This document shows, one piece after another, positions 55,479 through 59,909 of a DNA stretch of 59,909 nt (position 1 is its first letter; each line of letters starts with the position of its first letter). This DNA is from Bacilli bacterium (GTDB lineage Bacteria > Bacillota_I > Bacilli_A > RFN20 > CAG-826). The notes beneath the pieces were generated by a model. The model was not told the DNA's origin and ran no database searches. It was given only the letters and a program-made list of their open reading frames with translations. Position numbers and translations under genes: made by a program. The stretch spans positions 1 through 59,909 of the forward strand of contig JAEDIE010000004.1 of the NCBI GenBank assembly GCA_016296775.1, read 5' to 3'.

Positions 55479-55537
55479 AATGCAAAAGTGATTAATATTA
55501 TATATAATATTAAAGATTTTTTAGGAGGTAATTTAAA

Positions 55538-56641
55538 ATGGGTTTAAAAGCTGGTATTGTTGGATTACCTAATGTTGGTAAATCTACATTATTTAACGCT
55601 ATTACATCAAGTCATGCTGAAGCCGCTAATTATCCTTTTGCAACGATTTCTCCTAATGTTGGAAGTGTTTTAGTAAATGACGAAAGAGTTGATAATTTAG
55701 TAAAATTATTTAACCCAAGAAAAACTATATATACATCTTTTGAGTTTTTCGATATTGCTGGTTTAGTAAAAGGAGCTAGCAAAGGTGAAGGTTTAGGTAA
55801 CCAATTCTTATCACATATTAGAGAAACAGATGCAATTATTGAAGTTGTAAGATGCTTTGAAAATTCTGATATTATTCATGTTGAAAATTCAGTTGATCCT
55901 ATTAGAGATATTGAAATTATAAATCTTGAATTAGTAATGGCTGATTTAGATACAGTTGAAAATAGAATAAGTAAAATTGAAGGAAAGGCTAAGCTCTCAA
56001 AAGATAAAGATTCAATTTTAGAGTTAAACGCATTAAATAAAGCAAAAGCTTTGTTAGTAGAAGGAAAAGCTGTTAGAAGTTTAAAATTAACTGAGGAAGA
56101 AAAGAAAATTTTAAGCAATTTTTCTTTATTAACTTTAAAACCAATTATTTATGTAGCTAATGTAAGTGACACAGATTTAATGGATGTTGATAATTGTGCT
56201 AATTACTTAAAAGTTAAAGAGTATGCTGCTAACGAAAACAGTCAATGTATTCCAATTTGTTGTGAAATTGAAGCTGAATTAGTTAACTATTCTAAAGAAG
56301 AAAAAGAAGAATTTTTGTCTTCTATTGGAGCTAAAGAATCAGGTCTTGATAGATTGGTTAAAGCAAGTTATAAGTTATTAAATCTTTCAACATTTTTCAC
56401 TGTTGGTGAAGATGAAGTTAGAGCTTGGACTTTCAAAAATGGTATGAGTGCTCCTGATTGTGCTGGTATTATTCATACAGACTTCAAAAAGGGATTTATT
56501 AGAGCTGAAGTTTATACTTATGATGATATCATGGTTTATAAAAATGAAGTGGCATTGAAAAATGCTGGAAAAATAAGAATTGAAGGAAAAGATTATATCG
56601 CTAAGGATGGAGATATATTCTTCTTTAGGTTTAATGTCTAA
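55538..56641 (+). CDS. ychF: Ribosome-binding ATPase YchF
   Basis: G1 motif GLPNVGKST, a coiled-coil insert, and the C-terminal TGS domain (FFTVGEDEVRAWT...GIIHTDFKKGFIRAEV). Confidence 0.95.
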   Translation: MGLKAGIVGLPNVGKSTLFNAITSSHAEAANYPFATISPNVGSVLVNDERVDNLVKLFNPRKTIYTSFEFFDIAGLVKGASKGEGLGNQFLSHIRETDAIIEVVRCFENSDIIHVENSVDPIRDIEIINLELVMADLDTVENRISKIEGKAKLSKDKDSILELNALNKAKALLVEGKAVRSLKLTEEEKKILSNFSLLTLKPIIYVANVSDTDLMDVDNCANYLKVKEYAANENSQCIPICCEIEAELVNYSKEEKEEFLSSIGAKESGLDRLVKASYKLLNLSTFFTVGEDEVRAWTFKNGMSAPDCAGIIHTDFKKGFIRAEVYTYDDIMVYKNEVALKNAGKIRIEGKDYIAKDGDIFFFRFNV

Positions 56642-56642
56642 T

Positions 56643-57122
56643 ATGAGAATTGGATTTGGTAAAGACATACATATTTTAAAAGAAAACATTGACCTAATTA
56701 TTGGTGGAGTTAAGATTCCTTCCTCATTAGGAAGTTATTCTTATAGTGATGGAGATGCTTTAACTCATGCTATTATTGATAGTTTATTAGGAGCATTAGC
56801 TTTAAAAGATATTGGGGAACATTTTAAAGATAGTGACATTAAAAATCACAATCGTTCTTCATTAGAAATGCTCAAAATAACTAAAGAGATGATAGATAAA
56901 CAAAACTATAAAATTTCTAATATTGATACATATATTTGTTTAGAACAACCAAAATTGAAGGAGTATAAAAGTTTAATTCAACAAAAGTTAAGTGAAACTT
57001 TAAATATTGAACCTTCAAGAATCTCTATAAAAGCTGGAACAAATGAAGGGATTGGAGAAGTTGGAAATTCTAAAGCGATAGAATGTTATGCAATTTGCTT
57101 GTTGGAGGAGAAAAATGGATAA
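56643..57122 (+). CDS. ispF: 2-C-methyl-D-erythritol 2,4-cyclodiphosphate synthase
   Basis: Start at MRIGFGKDIH (metal-ligand D/H motif), plus SDGDALTHAIIDSLLGA. 159 aa, upstream of gltX as in Bacillus. Confidence 0.88.
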   Translation: MRIGFGKDIHILKENIDLIIGGVKIPSSLGSYSYSDGDALTHAIIDSLLGALALKDIGEHFKDSDIKNHNRSSLEMLKITKEMIDKQNYKISNIDTYICLEQPKLKEYKSLIQQKLSETLNIEPSRISIKAGTNEGIGEVGNSKAIECYAICLLEEKNG

Positions 57123-58548
57123 AAAAGTTAGAGTAAGATATGCCCCTTCACCAACTGGATATTTACATATTGGTGGAGCAAGAAGTGCACTTTTTAACTA
57201 TTTATTTGCTAAAAAGTATGATGGTGATTTCGTTATCAGAATCGAAGATACTGATATTGAAAGAAATATTGAAGGTGCTGAAAAAAGCCAAATTGATGAT
57301 CTTGAATGGTTAGGTATTGTTGCTGATGAATCTCCATACAAAATGAATCCAAAATATGCTCCATATCGTCAAATGGAGAAATTAGATTTGTATAGAAAGT
57401 ATGCTCTTGAATTAGTAGAAAAGGGTTATGCTTATTATTGCTATTGTAATGAAGACGAATTAAGTGAAATGAAAGAAGAACAACTTTCTAATGGTGTCAA
57501 ATCATTTAAATATGATAGAAGATGTTTAAATTTAACCGAAGAAGAAATTGAAAATTATAAAAAAGAAGGTAGAAAACCTTGTATTAGATTAAAAATGGAA
57601 AGTGGAGTCACTTTTAAGTTTAATGATCTAGTTAGAGGTGAAGTAAGTTTTAAAAGTGATGATATTGGTGACTTTGTCATCATGAAGTCAAATGGTATAC
57701 CAACTTATAATTTTGCAGTTGTAATTGATGATCATATGATGGAAATTACTCATTGTTTAAGAGGCGAAGAACATTTAAGTAATACACCAAAACAACTTCA
57801 AATTTATAAATATTTCAATTGGGAACCACCTCAATTTGGACATATGACCATTATTATCAATCCTAATGGAAAGAAATTAAGTAAGAGAGATCATAATATT
57901 TTACAATTTATGTCTCAGTATAAAGAATTAGGTTATCTTCCAGAAGCTATATTTAATTTTCTATTCTTACTTGGTTGGACCAGTGAAGATAATAAAGAAA
58001 TCTTTAATAAAGAGGAAGCAATTAAAGCTTTTGATCCTTCTAGATTGTCTTCATCTCCTTCAATGTTTGATAATAAGAGACTTGAATATATGAATTCATA
58101 CTACATTAAAAATTTAAGTGATGAATCATATAAAGAAAAGGTATATCCATTCATTAAAGAATTTGAATCAGCTAGTTTAACTAAAGATAAATTATTAGAA
58201 ATTTCATTATATTTTAAAAATGAAATTACAAAATTATATGATGTTAAACAAATGCTTAATGATTTATTAAATCCTACATTTGAATTTGATGATGAAGCAA
58301 AACAAATGTTAAGCAAAGAAAGTTCTTCTATTGTTTCTTCATTATTTAAAGAAAAATTATCAAAGTTAGAAGTAATTGATGAGATTTCAATAAAGGCGTT
58401 ATTTAAAGAAATACTAAAAGAAACTAATATTAAAGGCAAAGATTTATATATGCCAATAAGATTAAAAATTACTGGTAAAAATCATGGTTTAGAAATGTAT
58501 CATATTGTCGAAATATTAGGTAAAGACCTTGTATTATCTAGATTATAG
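57115..58548 (+). CDS. gltX: Glutamate--tRNA ligase
   Basis: Start at MDKKVRVRYAPSPTGYLHIGG (HIGH motif), with KLSKR as the KMSKS motif. SD GGAGGAG. Confidence 0.95.
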   Translation: MDKKVRVRYAPSPTGYLHIGGARSALFNYLFAKKYDGDFVIRIEDTDIERNIEGAEKSQIDDLEWLGIVADESPYKMNPKYAPYRQMEKLDLYRKYALELVEKGYAYYCYCNEDELSEMKEEQLSNGVKSFKYDRRCLNLTEEEIENYKKEGRKPCIRLKMESGVTFKFNDLVRGEVSFKSDDIGDFVIMKSNGIPTYNFAVVIDDHMMEITHCLRGEEHLSNTPKQLQIYKYFNWEPPQFGHMTIIINPNGKKLSKRDHNILQFMSQYKELGYLPEAIFNFLFLLGWTSEDNKEIFNKEEAIKAFDPSRLSSSPSMFDNKRLEYMNSYYIKNLSDESYKEKVYPFIKEFESASLTKDKLLEISLYFKNEITKLYDVKQMLNDLLNPTFEFDDEAKQMLSKESSSIVSSLFKEKLSKLEVIDEISIKALFKEILKETNIKGKDLYMPIRLKITGKNHGLEMYHIVEILGKDLVLSRL

Positions 58549-58598
58549 TAAATATTTATTTTTTAAAGTATAATATAAAATTGATAAAGGAGTGATTT

Positions 58599-58988
58599 AT
58601 GGAAAATTATAAAAATGAATCAATGGTAGATGTTGCTTATTCTGTCTTAAAAGAAATGGATGACAAAATTTCTTTTAGTGAATTATATAGCAAAGTCGCA
58701 GAATTAATCGGATTAAGTGATGAAGAAAAGGCAAATAGAATTTCAAAATTTTATACAAATCTTTCTTTAGATGGAAGATTTAACGCCCTTAAAAATAGCG
58801 AATGGAATCTTAAAGAACGTTGCGCTTATGATGCAAAAGATGATTTCAATCTCTTCTATGATGATATGGAAAAAGAAGAAAAAGCTAATAAAGAAAAAGA
58901 AGATGTTGAAGAAGAAAATGAAGCTAACGGAACTAGTGAAGATAGTGAAATTGATGAAGGTGAAGAAGCTTCAGCTGATTTAGATTAA
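58599..58988 (+). CDS. rpoE: RNA polymerase delta subunit
   Basis: N-terminal HARE-HTH-like domain (MVDVAYSVLKE...FYTNLSLDGRFNAL...WNLKER) plus a highly acidic C-terminal tail. Confidence 0.88.
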   Translation: MENYKNESMVDVAYSVLKEMDDKISFSELYSKVAELIGLSDEEKANRISKFYTNLSLDGRFNALKNSEWNLKERCAYDAKDDFNLFYDDMEKEEKANKEKEDVEEENEANGTSEDSEIDEGEEASADLD

Positions 58989-59021
58989 GTTTTAATTTAT
59001 ATATAAGGAGAATAATAAAGT

Positions 59022-59891
59022 ATGAAATCAAGACTTGTAAGTATGTGCGATATGTTAAAGAAAGCACATGAAGGCCATTATGCTGTTGGACAATTCAACA
59101 TTAACAACCTTGAATGGGTAAGTGCTATTCTCGATGAATGTCAAGAATTACAAGCACCAGTTATTTTAGGCGTCAGTGAAGGTGCTATGAAATACATGGG
59201 TGGATGTGCCACAATTGTTGGAATGGTTAATGGTTATATTGAAGATAAAAACATTACTGTCCCAGTTGCTTTACATGTTGATCATGGATCATCATTTGAA
59301 GTTTGTAAGAAAGCAATCGATGCAGGATTTACCAGTGTTATGATCGATGCTAGCCACCATTCATTAGAAGAAAATATTTCAATTACTAAATCAGTAGTTG
59401 ATTATGCTCATGCACATGGCGCAAGTGTTGAAGCTGAACTTGGACATGTCGGTGGACAAGAAGATAACGTAAAGAGTAATGGAATTCTTTATGCTGATAA
59501 AGATGAATGTAAAAGAATGGTCGTTGAATCAGGAATCGATGCTCTTGCTCCTGCTCTTGGTTCAGTCCATGGTCCATATCACGGAGAACCAAAACTTGGA
59601 TTTGTTGAAATGCAAGAAATTAACGAATTATGTGGACTTCCACTTGTTCTTCATGGAGGAAGCGGAATCCCAGATTACCAATTAAAGATGGCCATCGAAA
59701 GAGGTACTTGCAAGATTAATGTTAATACCGAATGTCAACAAGGCTTTGCTAAAATTGTAAGAGAAATTTGTTCTACTACCGATGAAGCAAAAGTATACGA
59801 TCCAAGAAAGATCGTTGGCCCTGCAAAACAAGGTATTAAAGACGTTGTAAAAGCTAAATGCGAAGTATTTGGCTGTATCAATAAAGCTTAA
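59022..59891 (+). CDS. fba: Class II fructose-1,6-bisphosphate aldolase
   Basis: Motifs [16 protein letters not shown] and [10 protein letters not shown]. Confidence 0.95.
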   Translation: MKSRLVSMCDMLKKAHEGHYAVGQFNINNLEWVSAILDECQELQAPVILGVSEGAMKYMGGCATIVGMVNGYIEDKNITVPVALHVDHGSSFEVCKKAIDAGFTSVMIDASHHSLEENISITKSVVDYAHAHGASVEAELGHVGGQEDNVKSNGILYADKDECKRMVVESGIDALAPALGSVHGPYHGEPKLGFVEMQEINELCGLPLVLHGGSGIPDYQLKMAIERGTCKINVNTECQQGFAKIVREICSTTDEAKVYDPRKIVGPAKQGIKDVVKAKCEVFGCINKA

Positions 59892-59909
59892 TGAAAGGGA
59901 CTCAATCTT

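Noticed and set aside
1-59909. Possibility that this is a UGA=Trp (code 4) Mollicute.
   Set aside because: TGA terminates several well-defined genes exactly at expected C-termini or operon junctions (15906, 27300, 45871, 43900). Large conserved proteins are uninterrupted under the standard code, with Trp encoded by TGG.
1-59909. Scan for CRISPR arrays, tRNA or rRNA genes, IS elements or transposases, integrases, prophage modules and toxin-antitoxin pairs.
   Set aside because: There are no regularly spaced direct repeats. No G+C-rich structured RNA-like islands occur in the intergenic regions apart from the leaders listed. No ORF carries transposase, integrase or phage hallmark motifs.

Overview
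This is an AT-rich chromosomal window (roughly 70% A+T by eye, not computed) from a low-GC Firmicutes/Mollicutes-related bacterium. It uses the standard code: TGA is a stop at 15904-15906, 27298-27300 and 45869-45871, Trp is TGG, and RpoB/RpoC are full length under code 11. About 55 CDS are present, mostly on the + strand and mostly housekeeping, with Bacillus-like local synteny. They include ftsA-ftsZ, rpsO, dtd-mnmA-holA/rpsT, glgCDA, T-box-pheST, rpmG-secE-nusG-rplKAJL-ybxB-rpoBC, cmk-der-gpsA-hup, dnaD-nth/recU, cspA, ychF-ispF-gltX, rpoE and fba. I found no rRNA, tRNA, CRISPR array, IS element, integrase or prophage signature. The most interesting feature is a translationally coupled three-gene operon at 14464-19921 encoding proteins of 480, 212 and 1123 aa. 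Its size, order and ATPase motifs look like JetA/JetB/JetC (MksF/MksE/MksB), an SMC-like complex. It has no JetD/MksG nuclease gene and is followed after only 11 nt by glgC, so it is embedded in core genes rather than in a defence island. Other accessory or unusual items:
- an FtsA-like protein whose actin-fold nucleotide-binding loops are degenerate
- a 1011-aa surface protein with Ig-like repeats and a C-terminal VanZ-like membrane domain
- two tandem ATPase-FtsX (MacB-architecture) fusion genes
- a half-length class II nucleotidyltransferase
- a KapD/ERI-1-like exonuclease abutting recU
- rpmG, which is missing from the ORF track
- several cis-regulatory leaders (Phe T-box, rpsO leader, rplJ leader)
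All protein calls rest on motif recognition and synteny from memory. No alignments or searches were run.
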